Origin: Vulcanimicrobiota bacterium
GTDB lineage: Bacteria; Vulcanimicrobiota; Vulcanimicrobiia; Vulcanimicrobiales; Vulcanimicrobiaceae
Assembly: GCA_963723515.1 (NCBI GenBank)
Contig: CAVRQT010000002.1
Coordinates: 352,001-416,000, forward strand
Reading direction: 5' to 3'
DNA: 64,000 nt
In this document: piece after piece, positions 29,376 through 40,062 of the stretch
Numbering within the stretch: the stretch's first letter is position 1
How the letters are laid out: each line of letters starts with the position of its first letter
Notes under the pieces: model-generated
What the model was told of the DNA's origin: nothing
The model's input: only the letters and a program-made list of their open reading frames with translations
Databases searched by the model: none
Position numbers and translations under genes: made by a program

Positions 29376-31508
29376 TTAGGCGCGGTTTTTGGAGGTCAGA
29401 AAACAAACCGGAGCGTCCGCCGGCAGGCCGCTGAGCTCTTCCGCCGCGAGCGCGACAACTTGCGCACCGGATGAGAGGCCCGAAAGATCCGTCACCTTTG
29501 CACCGTGCAAGACATAGAGCTGCGGCAAGGCGCGGCCGACGTCGCCGAACGCGGTCTGCTCCTCGATGATGCGCGACAGCTCGCTCGCAACTCGACCGGC
29601 GCTTGTCGGCGTGATTGTAGCATCGCTCATCGAGGCGCGCGCGACGCCCATGCGATCGACAACTCGCAGGTCGAGGATCGTGCGCCTTCCTAGACGGCGA
29701 ACGCGCGTGAAGACGGTGAGTTGCGGCGTCGCTTGAATCGCTTGCAGCTCCGCCTCACTGCAACGCATGACGCGCGCCGCGGCAGCACGCAACTCATCGG
29801 TGGACAAGGCACGTCGCTCGCCATGTTCGCTCAACTCGCTCGCGCCCGACGCGATCGCCCGAACGAGATTGCGCTGCGAGTCAATTTCGATCGCTACGTC
29901 AACCGTTTCGAGTGCTGCCCCGGACGCGATTGCGGCATCCTCCGCTTCGCGTCTCACCGACATGATCTCCGCCGGCGAAGGATCGACGATCGTTCGCTCG
30001 ACAACGTCTCGCACGAGCGCTAACGCAACGCCGATGGGCGAAATGACCTCTGCGTCGCGAGCCAAGCGGAAGTCGGCGCCGAAACGCTGCGCGGCGTAGG
30101 GAACGAGGGCTCCCGAGCCGCCGCCGCCGCCCACGATCACAACATTCGCCGGATCGAGCCCATAGTCGATCGTCAACTCTTTGATCGCGGCGAGCAGCTT
30201 GTTTGTTGCGATGTCGAGCACACTGCGCGCTAACAGGTCCGCATCCAATTTGAAATAGGCGGCCGCAATTGCAAAAGCGCGCCTTGCGGCTTGAGCATTT
30301 CCTTGCGCGAAGGCGTCGTCCGGAACGAGACCGAGCGCATTCGCGGCGCATGTCGGCGTTAAGGCAATGCGCGATCCGCTGGCGGTTTCAAGACAGAAGT
30401 AATCGTTCGGATCGCGTGGCGCCGGTGCGATTTGCGTTGGACGGGCATCCTCGATTTCGTCGACGTCGCTGAACGATGCGTAGCCCAATCCGGCGATGTG
30501 CGCCGAACGTGGTCCAACGTCGATGACGCCGCGTTGCGTAGCGCGCAGCATCGAACCGCCGGCGATCGCAAGCGTGCGAACGTCGAGCGTTCGCAGCATC
30601 GTACGATGCCCCCCCACTCGTGCCGGACGCATCTGCGGCATGCCGTTTCGAATGGCGCTGCAATCGGAGCTCGTCCCGCCAACCTCGATGAAGATTCCGT
30701 CGGTGATGTTTTCATGCAGCAATGCGCCTGCCACACCGGCAGCCGGGCCCGAGAGCAGCGTCATGATCGGGCGCCGCTGCACCTCCTGCAAATTCATGAC
30801 GCCGCCGTCGCTACGCATGATCATCAGCGGCGCTATAATCGACGCCTGCTGAACCGCATCGTTTGTCATTTGCGCCGTCTGCATCATCTTGGGCAGGATC
30901 GCGGCGTTGAGCGCCGCGGTCCGCGTTCGCGCGCGCAGCCCATACATCGAAGAAACTTCGTGACCGCCCGTTGCGGCGATGCCGCGTGAACGGGCGTAAC
31001 GAATTGCATCTTGCTCGCGCGCCGGCCGATCGACGCTAAACGGTTCGCTGACGGCAATCGCTTCGACGCCGGAACCGGAGGCTTCATCAACTGCGCGTTG
31101 CGCGCCCGTATCGTCACGCACAAAAAGCGTCAGCGGCGAGAATCGCGCGCCGGGGGCGAGATCGAACGGACGAACCGTAATCTGCGAACGCGCTAGGAAG
31201 CCAAAGTTATCGAGCAGGCCGATCACCGCGACTTTTGCAACGTCGCCTTCGAGCAGCGAATTCGTCGCTTGCGTTGTCGAATGCGCGATAAAAGAGACGC
31301 TGCTCGGATCGATATGCCCCTCGCCGACGAGCCGCCCGATGGCGGCAACAATGCCGGCCGCAACACCTTCGCGCGCGCCGTGCGTCGTTGGAACCTTAAA
31401 TCGGGCCAGAACAGCGTGGGACTGCGCGTCGAGGGCGACGACGTCGGTAAACGTTCCGCCGACGTCCACGCCCACGCGCACCCGCGCCGGATCGGCCGCT
31501 GCGTTCAA
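29376..31508 (-). CDS. Hydantoinase/oxoprolinase family ATP-dependent protein
   Basis: VGVDVGGTFTD, HSTTQATNSLLEG, MRSDGG, LLSGPAAGV, EVGGTSSD, AGGS, VGPRSA. Confidence 0.9.
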   Translation of the reverse strand: MNAAADPARVRVGVDVGGTFTDVVALDAQSHAVLARFKVPTTHGAREGVAAGIVAAIGRLVGEGHIDPSSVSFIAHSTTQATNSLLEGDVAKVAVIGLLDNFGFLARSQITVRPFDLAPGARFSPLTLFVRDDTGAQRAVDEASGSGVEAIAVSEPFSVDRPAREQDAIRYARSRGIAATGGHEVSSMYGLRARTRTAALNAAILPKMMQTAQMTNDAVQQASIIAPLMIMRSDGGVMNLQEVQRRPIMTLLSGPAAGVAGALLHENITDGIFIEVGGTSSDCSAIRNGMPQMRPARVGGHRTMLRTLDVRTLAIAGGSMLRATQRGVIDVGPRSAHIAGLGYASFSDVDEIEDARPTQIAPAPRDPNDYFCLETASGSRIALTPTCAANALGLVPDDAFAQGNAQAARRAFAIAAAYFKLDADLLARSVLDIATNKLLAAIKELTIDYGLDPANVVIVGGGGGSGALVPYAAQRFGADFRLARDAEVISPIGVALALVRDVVERTIVDPSPAEIMSVRREAEDAAIASGAALETVDVAIEIDSQRNLVRAIASGASELSEHGERRALSTDELRAAAARVMRCSEAELQAIQATPQLTVFTRVRRLGRRTILDLRVVDRMGVARASMSDATITPTSAGRVASELSRIIEEQTAFGDVGRALPQLYVLHGAKVTDLSGLSSGAQVVALAAEELSGLPADAPVCFLTSKNRA

Positions 31509-31522
31509 CTCAGCGCGCTAAC

Positions 31523-33541
31523 TTACTCAAACGGCCGGCCTAGTTGCACGTGGTACGGCTCTCCATCGCGGGTGATATCGAATGCATGCGGCTTGCCGTC
31601 GTAAGCGCGCAGCTGCGTTTGATAGGTGCCGTACTCCCACCAATAGCGTCCGTCCAGCCGATCGACGATATCGCCCGAACGCATTCCCGCTGCATACGCC
31701 GGACCGCCCGGGCGCACGTACGCGCGCATGTAACCGTCAACGGTCTTATATAAGGAATAGAAGTACGTCGGCTGCGGATGAGCCGGATCGTAGGCAACGC
31801 CCTTGGCCAGGAGGTTCTGAGCGAGGGTCGGATGAGTGACAATCCAGGTGCGCAGACGCGTTGCAACCGCGGCGCCAAGCTGCGCCAACTGGAGGTCGTT
31901 CAACGGCTGTGCGCTCGCTTTATGCTCGTGCCACTCGTCGACGATCCAGCCTGCGCAGTCGGAGAGTTCGAGCCCGATATCGATATCGGTTCCGCCCCGC
32001 CCCGTGAAGCGCGTACTGCTGACACGAGCAAACGAAGCATAATGCTTCTTCAAGCAATCGGCGGCGTTGGGGTCATCTTGCGAAACGAAGGCGTGAAAGT
32101 ACGGCCATCCATTGACGATGCCGACCAGGGCACGCGACGCAGCCGCGGCTTGGGGTGTTCCGTCCGCGCCGACGGCCATGCGCATCGCGGCATCATCGCG
32201 CGCGAAGAGGCCGGGAAAGGTTTCAGCCGCTTGCGCCACCTGCACGATCGGCGTAAAGGCGAACGGCTTTCCAAAAAGCTTTGGCGCAAGAGCCACAACC
32301 ACGAGCGATGCGGCCGTGGCAACGGCAACTTGATAGGGCAGCGTTCGTTTGGTGATCTCTTCGATGTGCACGCCGGTGTAGTTTCCGACCCAAACGTTGG
32401 CGGTATTTGTCGGATCGCAGACATTCTGGACTTGCACGACGGCCATCATCGCCGCAACCAGAATGACCGGTGGAAAGATGTGGGCCGTCAAGAGCACGGT
32501 GAAAACTGCGATCCCTACGCCGAACGGATTGAGCGGCCCACGATAGAGCACGAGCGGGCTCAGCAGGCCAAAGAGGACGACGAACGCGATTGGATTGCGC
32601 AGCCAACCGCCTGAAACCAGGGGCTGTAAGGCCGAGGAGAATTGCGGCAGCTTCGTCGCGGTGAGCAACATCCCGATACCGATGAAGAGCAACACCGCCG
32701 GAGCGACGTCTTCGAAGCCGCGAATCGCCGCTGCCGTCAGCGCTTCGATCGCTCGCGCCGGCCGCGTCGTCAAGACACCGTAGATTGCGGAAAGCGCAAA
32801 CGCTACGATCGGCTCCATGTGAAACGCGAAGTACAGAACGATCGGAAGGATGGGCGTGATCAGCGACCAAGGCGGCACGCGAACGGTTCGATCTTCCGCC
32901 GTCTTCACCGCCCACGTGGCGTAGCCGCGCATCGTTCGAAAAGAAACGAAGGCATAGACCAGCAGCGCGATGAGATCGATGAGGGCTAAAACGATCGCGT
33001 ATTCATACATCTGCTGCTGCGAGATGCCGAAGTATTTCGTGTAAAACTGCCAGTTGACGATGTTGAATATGAAGCCGAGCGCAAACGCCATGAGAAAGAG
33101 CGTCGCTGCGATCTTGCGCGGGACGCCCGTCGTCATCATGATTGGGAGCACGATCGAACCGACCATGATGATCGCGCCCAATCCGCTCAGCGACACGAAG
33201 AGCAGCGCCACGACGGCGCAGAGGATCAGCGCGACGATTGCCGGTTCGTCTCCCGCGAACTCGGCCGCAAAGTTCACGATCGTACGCGCGATGCCGCTGT
33301 CGAGCGTCACACGCCCGAGCAGCGCGCCGAAGATCACCGCGACATAAACTTTCGAAAGCGCTGATGCACCATCGACGACGACGCTGCCTAAACTCGCCGG
33401 CAGCTGCGCCAGAGGAATCCCCGCCGCCAGCGTCATGAAGACCGCCATCAGCGGCACGGCGAGCAGCGCGGGTACGATTCGCCGGTACATCAGGATCGCG
33501 AAGATCGCGAAGACGACGAAGATCGAGATGCCGTAAATCAT
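31523..33541 (-). CDS. Ion-transporter-superfamily (GntP/citrate-like) permease fused to a soluble domain ending in a PDZ-like motif
   Basis: About 430 aa of multi-TM sequence, then a soluble tail with VRPGGPAYAAGMRSGDIVDRLDG. Confidence 0.75.
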   Translation of the reverse strand: MIYGISIFVVFAIFAILMYRRIVPALLAVPLMAVFMTLAAGIPLAQLPASLGSVVVDGASALSKVYVAVIFGALLGRVTLDSGIARTIVNFAAEFAGDEPAIVALILCAVVALLFVSLSGLGAIIMVGSIVLPIMMTTGVPRKIAATLFLMAFALGFIFNIVNWQFYTKYFGISQQQMYEYAIVLALIDLIALLVYAFVSFRTMRGYATWAVKTAEDRTVRVPPWSLITPILPIVLYFAFHMEPIVAFALSAIYGVLTTRPARAIEALTAAAIRGFEDVAPAVLLFIGIGMLLTATKLPQFSSALQPLVSGGWLRNPIAFVVLFGLLSPLVLYRGPLNPFGVGIAVFTVLLTAHIFPPVILVAAMMAVVQVQNVCDPTNTANVWVGNYTGVHIEEITKRTLPYQVAVATAASLVVVALAPKLFGKPFAFTPIVQVAQAAETFPGLFARDDAAMRMAVGADGTPQAAAASRALVGIVNGWPYFHAFVSQDDPNAADCLKKHYASFARVSSTRFTGRGGTDIDIGLELSDCAGWIVDEWHEHKASAQPLNDLQLAQLGAAVATRLRTWIVTHPTLAQNLLAKGVAYDPAHPQPTYFYSLYKTVDGYMRAYVRPGGPAYAAGMRSGDIVDRLDGRYWWEYGTYQTQLRAYDGKPHAFDITRDGEPYHVQLGRPFE

Positions 33542-35565
33542 GGCGCCGGCGGCAAGCCTAGCGTTTCATCAAAGGTCGGGAAGCGGTGCTCTTTAAGAAA
33601 ATCTTCCGATGTCATGACGGCGATGCGGTCTGCACGCGCGATCGCCGATTGCGCAGCAGCTTGGTAGCGTTCCAGCGCGCTTGCGCGATGCCCGGCGCGG
33701 TTTTCATAATCCCATGCGGCGGCATACAGAGGCGCGAGCTCTTCCATGTTGTCGCGCATCTCCCACAAGAGATATTTTGACACGAACAAGCTGCGTACGG
33801 CGATTCCCAGCTTCGTTTGATTCGTGCGCGCATCGTTATAGTAATAGCGCGCCTCGCGTCCGATTTGAAAATCGCGCGCCAGATAGTCGAGTCGCCGGGC
33901 GGCCAGCGCCATGACGCGGGCGGCATTGCGGTGAAGCGGCGGCTGCGCGGCGGCGAGATGACGTAGCACGCGTTCGGCATCATTGCGCACGCTAGATAAA
34001 GTCGGATCGCTCAAGCGGCCGGCGATCCGGTTATCAAACGGATCGGCCCAAAAAAGAACGTCCGTTGGACCGCTGCCGGCCGCATCGAGCGTGTGCACGA
34101 CATTCCCGAGGGTTTGAATATCGGAATTGAATCTCGCGTCCGCCGAACCGAAGAACGCCGAAGAGAAATCGGCGGCGAAGCGCTGCGGCATGACGTCGCG
34201 CCCTTCCCAGGCTGCGGCCGCCGCGTAAATAACCGGAAACCACGTTGCTTCGTAGAGCGTCTCGCCGTCATCGTGCCAAACGGTTTGAAAGAGGCCCAGT
34301 ACATGGGCGCTCTTGCCTTCATTGATGAACCGCTCTTCGTTTGGGAGCGCGGTCGGAAGATCGGGATAAATCTCGGTCCAATTGTTGGCACCGGGCGCCA
34401 CCATCTGCTCGAATCCGCGGGAGGCGATCGTTCGGATATACGGCAGGAACGTCTTCTCCGCGCCGTACTTCCAGTTGACAATCACCGTACTTTTTGGGAT
34501 GTGATCGAGGATCTGCGGTTGACGCTGAATTGCATCGTCCCAAATCATGACGCGCGCACCGTGCACGAGCGAAGCGACGCGAGAAACGTGCGCCGCATAG
34601 ACGGCGGCGTCACCTTGGCTCGCTACGGCGGCTTGGCTTTGGCCGCGGCCTAAGTCGATCGGCTCATCGGAGCCGATATGAAAGAACGGCGAATTCGGAA
34701 CGGCGGCCAGTTCATCCGAAATCACTTGCTGTAGATATTGATATGTCAATGGATTGACCGGACTCATCAAATAACCGTGCGGCAATTCGGCGGCCGGCGC
34801 GTACTCTTCCCAACGCAGCGTGTTGTGCATGTGCGCGAAGGTTTGCTGCTCCGGGATGAACGTCACGTGGAAGCGGCGGCTATATTGCGCCAGTTCACGC
34901 AGTTGCGGCGGAGTGATTCCGTCGAGCGGTGCAGGCAACGGATTACGCGGATCGAGGAAGACGTGTTCCATGTACGGCGAGTAGCCGTTCATCTTGAAGG
35001 CCGCGATCGTACGAATTCTTTCCTTGAAATAATGCATCGTCGGCAGCGGCCCGCGAGAGACATCGTCGGATAAGATGCGCCAGTGCAGCGCCGGTTGGTC
35101 AGCAATCGCAACGCACGGCAACTGCCAACGGCCGTCGACGCGTTGCGGCAATTGTGCGAGCGTCATCGCTGCATAGAAAGCGCCGGCATCATCACCAGCG
35201 ACGATAAAAATGTGAATCGCCTCAGAAACCGGTGGGACGACTAAGCGATATGCTTGCGGCGGGAGCCGCGGCGAACGCACGACAAGCACTTCCGGCTGAT
35301 CTCCATGCACGAGTTCCGGTATGCCGAGCGCATGCCAACGCTCGTTGATCTCTTCAAATGCTGCCGCATCAAAATTTCGCGCGACTCTGATCGACCGCGT
35401 AAGGTCGAACGTTCTGCGACAAGGCAACGGCTTGACTTGCTGCGGCTGCGGAATCAGCGCGAGATGCTCGACTTGTGCACGCGCCGGACTGGGGATTGCG
35501 ATTGCCACGACTATGCTAAGCGCAGCGATCAACTTCACGGCGCTCGCGTTTCGACGGGTCGCCAT
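33538..35565 (-). CDS. Secreted GH20 beta-N-acetylhexosaminidase
   Basis: Signal peptide, DVSRGPLPT, FAHMH, FHIGSDE catalytic motif, MIWDD. Confidence 0.9.
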   Translation of the reverse strand: MATRRNASAVKLIAALSIVVAIAIPSPARAQVEHLALIPQPQQVKPLPCRRTFDLTRSIRVARNFDAAAFEEINERWHALGIPELVHGDQPEVLVVRSPRLPPQAYRLVVPPVSEAIHIFIVAGDDAGAFYAAMTLAQLPQRVDGRWQLPCVAIADQPALHWRILSDDVSRGPLPTMHYFKERIRTIAAFKMNGYSPYMEHVFLDPRNPLPAPLDGITPPQLRELAQYSRRFHVTFIPEQQTFAHMHNTLRWEEYAPAAELPHGYLMSPVNPLTYQYLQQVISDELAAVPNSPFFHIGSDEPIDLGRGQSQAAVASQGDAAVYAAHVSRVASLVHGARVMIWDDAIQRQPQILDHIPKSTVIVNWKYGAEKTFLPYIRTIASRGFEQMVAPGANNWTEIYPDLPTALPNEERFINEGKSAHVLGLFQTVWHDDGETLYEATWFPVIYAAAAAWEGRDVMPQRFAADFSSAFFGSADARFNSDIQTLGNVVHTLDAAGSGPTDVLFWADPFDNRIAGRLSDPTLSSVRNDAERVLRHLAAAQPPLHRNAARVMALAARRLDYLARDFQIGREARYYYNDARTNQTKLGIAVRSLFVSKYLLWEMRDNMEELAPLYAAAWDYENRAGHRASALERYQAAAQSAIARADRIAVMTSEDFLKEHRFPTFDETLGLPPAP

Positions 35566-35566
35566 C

Positions 35567-35590
35567 TGTCACCCTGAGCTCGTCGAAGGG
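35567..35590. repeat. Single copy of a REP-like intergenic element
   Basis: TGTCACCCTGAGCTCGTCGAAGGG matches a short extragenic repeat type I recognise (translates as CHPELVEG). Confidence 0.5.
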
Positions 35591-35664
35591 CAAAGGTAAT
35601 GGCGTCCAATGTGTCACGCTGAGAGAACCAGGGTGGTGCGCGGGGCGATTCGAACCGATGCCCG

Positions 35665-37493
35665 ATGCGTCTGCAGGCCGCCGATTATACGATCATTGCG
35701 GCGTTTTTTCTCATCAATATCGCCATCGGCATTTACTATGCGCGGCGCGGCGGAAAAAGTCTCGGCGAATTTTTCTTAAGCGGCCGCAGCGTGCCATGGT
35801 GGCTCGCCGGCACGTCGATGGTTGCAACGACGTTTGCAGCCGACACGCCGCTTGCCGTTACCGGCTTCGTTGTCAAAAACGGCGTCGCAGGCAATTGGTT
35901 GTGGTGGAACATGGTGATGAGCGGCATGCTGACGGTGTTCTTCTTCGCCGCGCTTTGGCGACGTTCGGGCGTCCTGACGGACGTTGAATTCATCGAGTTA
36001 CGTTACGCCGGCAAGCCGGCCGCCGCGCTCCGGGGCGTGCGCGCGATCTACCAAGGGGTCGTCATCAACACGATCATCATGGGCTGGGTCAATTTGGCGA
36101 TCGCGAAAATCCTCGGCCTGACGCTGCATATCCCGAAATGGGAAGCGATTTTGATTTGCCTCTTCCTGACGGGCCTCTATGTTGCGATCGGCGGGTTATG
36201 GAGCGTGCTGGTCACCGACCTCTTGCAGTTCGTCGTAAAAATGTCGATGGCCATCGTGCTCGCCGTTGCCGCGGTGGCGGCGGTCGGCGGCGTGTGGTCG
36301 TTGCGCGCGCATCTGGCGGTCATCGATTCAGCTCGTCACATCGCCGGCGGGGGATCGGTTCTCGCCTTCTTTCCGACGTCCAATGCCGCCTGGATGCCGC
36401 TGCTCAGTTTTGTCGTCTTTCTGAGCGTCTCGTGGTGGGCGTCGTCCTACCCTGGTGCTGAGCCGGGCGGCGGCGGATACATCGCGCAACGCATCTTCGC
36501 TTCAAAGAACGAAAAACACGCGATCGGTGCCACGCTCTTCTTCAACGTTGCGCATTACGCGCTGCGTCCATGGCCGTGGATTCTCGTCGCCCTGGCCGCA
36601 TTGGTGCTTTACCCGCATGGTGTCGCCGATCCGATCACCGGCAAGATCGATCCGGAGCTGAACTACATTCAAGCGATGATCGACCATCTGCCGGCGTCGC
36701 TGCGCGGCTTGATGATGGCGGGCTTCTTGGCCGCATATATGTCGACGATCGGCACGCAGCTCAACCTTGGCGCTTCGTACTTGACGAACGATCTTTACCG
36801 GCGATTCATTCGCCGCGACGCATCAGAGACACATTACGTATGGATATCGCGGTTGATGACGATCGTCGCGATGGTGCTAGCGGCAGTTGCGACGCTCGGT
36901 ATGGATTCAATCGGCAAAGCATGGGCGTTCATCATCACCTTCACTGCCGGCGTCGGTCTGGTCATGATCCTGCGCTGGTATTGGTGGCGCATCAACGCCT
37001 GGACCGAAATCTCGGCCCTCTTGGCCTCGGGTATCATCGCCACGATACTGCAACTCGTCTTGCCGGAAAGTCCGAATCAAACGGCGATCATTTTACTGCT
37101 GACGGTTCCGATCACCACATCGTTTGGGTGGCGGTCACATTTGCAACTCGGCCGGAGCCGCTTGAAACGCTTGCCAACTTCTATCGGAAGGTTCAGCCCA
37201 ATGCTTTCGGCTGGCGACCGGTTTCGCGCGCTACGGGCTTCATCAGCAGCGGCATGAGTTTAGGGATTACAATTGCGGATTGGGTTGCGGGCTGTGGACT
37301 CGTCTACTTTGCTCTGTTCGGCATCGGCAAGGTCGTGCTCGGTGAAGCGCTTCCGGGCATCGGCCTACTGGTCGCGGCGGGAGTATGCGGCGCCTTTATC
37401 ATCTGGGATATGAACCGTCGCGACTGGGAATCGGCCCATCCGCGTGCAACAGCTTCTCAGCCGGCGGCCGCGCCAACCGTCGCATCATTATAA
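35665..37493 (+). CDS. Sodium:solute symporter; frameshift near 37120
   Basis: FFLSGRSVPWWLAGTSMVATTFAADTPL, TDLLQF, YIAQRIF, AAYMST. Confidence 0.92.
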
Positions 37494-37506
37494 AGGAAGA
37501 AACCCT

Positions 37507-38232
37507 ATGAGATTCGCCCTTCTCGCTTGCGCGCTCGCCGCCGCGACTCTTCCGTCGGCGGCGTTTGCCGACAATAATAAGACACTGCAAAGCATCCGCG
37601 GCCACGTCGCCTACCAGCGTGGAAACGCGCCGCAAAAGCCGCTCGCGATGAACGCGACGATCGTCCTCGCGGACCGTGATTATGCGATGACGGGTGCGCA
37701 ATCGCAAGGCGCCGTCACGCTCGCGGACTCGTCGCGCGTCACGATGGGGGCGGAAACGAAAGTGCAGCTTGCCTTCTTCAATCAAGCCGCGGGCAACAAC
37801 GCAAAATTTTTGATCCTCAACGGCAAGACGCGTTTCGAAGTCCAACACCCGAGCGGCGCCAAAGCCAACTACACGTTCTCAACGCCGACGGCGGACATCG
37901 CCGTGCGCGGCACGGAAGGCGACATCGCAGTTTCGCAAGATCAACTGCAGGTGAACGTCTACGGCGTCAGCGATCCGAACTTGCCGGTCGCGGTGACCTT
38001 TACCACCGGCGACAAAGCAGGCCAGACGGTGATCGTTAAGGCTGGCCAGTCACTCGTTGCGTCGTTCGTCAATGGCATAGTCACAGAACAAACGCAGAAC
38101 TTGACCGATCAGGTGCTCGCGCCGTTTGACACCGAGTTCGGCAATCCGGTGTCATGTTGGAAATGCGCCGTAGACAGCTTGAAGAACAGCCTGATCAATC
38201 AGGTAAAGAGCAAGATCCCTATTCCGTTTTAG
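37507..38232 (+). CDS. Secreted FecR-domain protein
   Basis: Signal peptide, LADSSRVTMG, YTFSTPTADIAVRGTEG. Confidence 0.8.
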   Translation: MRFALLACALAAATLPSAAFADNNKTLQSIRGHVAYQRGNAPQKPLAMNATIVLADRDYAMTGAQSQGAVTLADSSRVTMGAETKVQLAFFNQAAGNNAKFLILNGKTRFEVQHPSGAKANYTFSTPTADIAVRGTEGDIAVSQDQLQVNVYGVSDPNLPVAVTFTTGDKAGQTVIVKAGQSLVASFVNGIVTEQTQNLTDQVLAPFDTEFGNPVSCWKCAVDSLKNSLINQVKSKIPIPF

Positions 38233-38246
38233 GGGGACCCCGGTAC

Positions 38247-38651
38247 CTAGACGGCTTCGGTGATCGCTCCGTCGCGCCGATCGAACGCGGCTTCCAGAGC
38301 GCGCAGGTAACTCAAGAGATTCTCGGCCGTCACTTCTTGCGCGCCGGCGGCTTTCTCGACGAGCGCTTCATCGACACGCGCTAACTCGACCCTGCGATCG
38401 TCGCTGAGCGTCGCATACTCGATGAAACGAAAGACCGTTTGATTGACGAATTCGCAGCGGCGAATCAACGCATCGTATGACGCTAACGCTTCCGGACTGA
38501 AGTAATCCGCGTGGCGCTCGTTCAGCAATGCGAGCGCCTCACCGACGAGAGCCCGAACTTGCTCGTCGGCTAGGCGTCGTGCCACCTCGTCGCCGTATCC
38601 CGCAAACTCCGGAATCCTCGCTTTAATCGCATCCAACGGTTGATCCATCAT
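38247..38651 (-). CDS. Hypothetical protein
   Basis: Clean helical ORF (IPEFAGY...RRLADEQVR). Confidence 0.65.
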   Translation of the reverse strand: MMDQPLDAIKARIPEFAGYGDEVARRLADEQVRALVGEALALLNERHADYFSPEALASYDALIRRCEFVNQTVFRFIEYATLSDDRRVELARVDEALVEKAAGAQEVTAENLLSYLRALEAAFDRRDGAITEAV

Positions 38652-38758
38652 TATCTCGCTACGACAAGCGGTCGCCTGATGCCTCGGCTGCACAATCCGC
38701 GTCGCGCGCAACGGCGTTCTATCGAGGTCAGCCACTGGGCGAAGCGAACGAAAGTGAG

Positions 38759-39292
38759 GTGCAGGATGCGAGCCGGCTTATGGAGCGTGTGCGTCAACGT
38801 GACGGCGCCGCATTCGAATCTCTTTACGATGATTACCACCGCCTCGTCTATGGCATCGCCTTGCGCATTCTCGGCGACGTGCCCGCGGCTGAAGATGTCA
38901 CGCAGGCCGTTTTCTTGAAAGTCTGGAGCTCGCCGCAATCGTTCGCCCAAGGCAATTTCGCCGCGTGGATCGCGCGCGTGACGCGTAATCGCGCGCTGGA
39001 CGTGGTGCGTAATCGCAACGTTCGGCAAGAGAGCGAAGCCCCGGAGACGATGCCGGCCGATGACGCGCTTGAAGATCGCGCGTTCGCGATGCTGGATGCC
39101 GAATTCGTTCGCAGCGCGCTCGCACGGCTCCCTGAAGAACAGCGCCGGCCGATTGAACTGGGCTTTTTCGGCGCATTGACACATGAGGAGATCGCGCGCC
39201 GGATGGGCATCCCGCTCGGCACGATCAAGACGCGAATCCGCACGGGCTTGCGACGATTGCGCGCCCAACTCGACGGCGTGGTGACGGCGTGA
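38759..39292 (+). CDS. ECF sigma-70 factor (SigK-like)
   Basis: AEDVTQAVFLKVW, RNRALD, LTHEEIA, PLGTIKTRIRTGL. Confidence 0.93.
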   Translation: MQDASRLMERVRQRDGAAFESLYDDYHRLVYGIALRILGDVPAAEDVTQAVFLKVWSSPQSFAQGNFAAWIARVTRNRALDVVRNRNVRQESEAPETMPADDALEDRAFAMLDAEFVRSALARLPEEQRRPIELGFFGALTHEEIARRMGIPLGTIKTRIRTGLRRLRAQLDGVVTA

Positions 39293-40062
39293 ACGCGCAC
39301 GACGAATTTCTTGATTCGGTCGCGGTTTACGCGCTCGGTTCGCTGCCGACAAGCGAGGCCGCCAATGTGCGCGCCCATCTGCGCACTTGCTCGCAATGTC
39401 GCGCGGAATATGACGCGCTGCGGCCGGCGGTCGATGCGCTCGCGCTCTCGGCGGAAGCCTGCGTCGATGGAAGAACCGGACCCGCGCCTTCGCAGCTCCT
39501 CAAATCGAGGATTATGCGCACCGTGCAAGGCGAAAGTCGCACGCAGCCTGTCCCGCAATCGAAGATGCGTCCGTCGTGGCCGGCAATGATCGTCGCAGCG
39601 GCCGCAATCGTGCTCGCTGTTTGGACGACAGCGACGAATCTGATGCTGCGCTCGGATCTTTCGCAAACGCGTGAGCAGCTCTCACAACTTCAGACACAAA
39701 ACACGGCGCTCGACCGCCGCTTAGCCGCCCAGCGAATCATGATTGCCGACGTCATGGACACGAGCGCAAAGCGCTTCCCCGTCAACGGCGGCGAAGTGAT
39801 CAAGCGCAACGGCCATCTCTACATCGCGATGGACGGCATGCCGATGCCGCCGAAAGGGCATGTCTACCAAGCCTGGACGCAGCCCATGGGCGCCCAAAAG
39901 ATGGCGCCATCGATTACGTTCATGCCTGACCGCTCGGGTGTCGCGCTGGTCTCCTTGCCGGTCAACGCGTCGGCAATTGCTGCAGTCGCGGTCAGCGTCG
40001 AACCGGACGGCGGCAGTAAGGCGCCGACGAGCAAGCCGGAGTTCGTCGTCAAGCTCAGTTGA
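39289..40062 (+). CDS. Anti-sigma factor (zinc-binding ZAS domain, TM, RskA-like domain)
   Basis: HLRTCSQC (HxxxCxxC), TM helix, VYQAW, AVSVEPDGGSKAPT. Confidence 0.9.
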   Translation: MNAHDEFLDSVAVYALGSLPTSEAANVRAHLRTCSQCRAEYDALRPAVDALALSAEACVDGRTGPAPSQLLKSRIMRTVQGESRTQPVPQSKMRPSWPAMIVAAAAIVLAVWTTATNLMLRSDLSQTREQLSQLQTQNTALDRRLAAQRIMIADVMDTSAKRFPVNGGEVIKRNGHLYIAMDGMPMPPKGHVYQAWTQPMGAQKMAPSITFMPDRSGVALVSLPVNASAIAAVAVSVEPDGGSKAPTSKPEFVVKLS

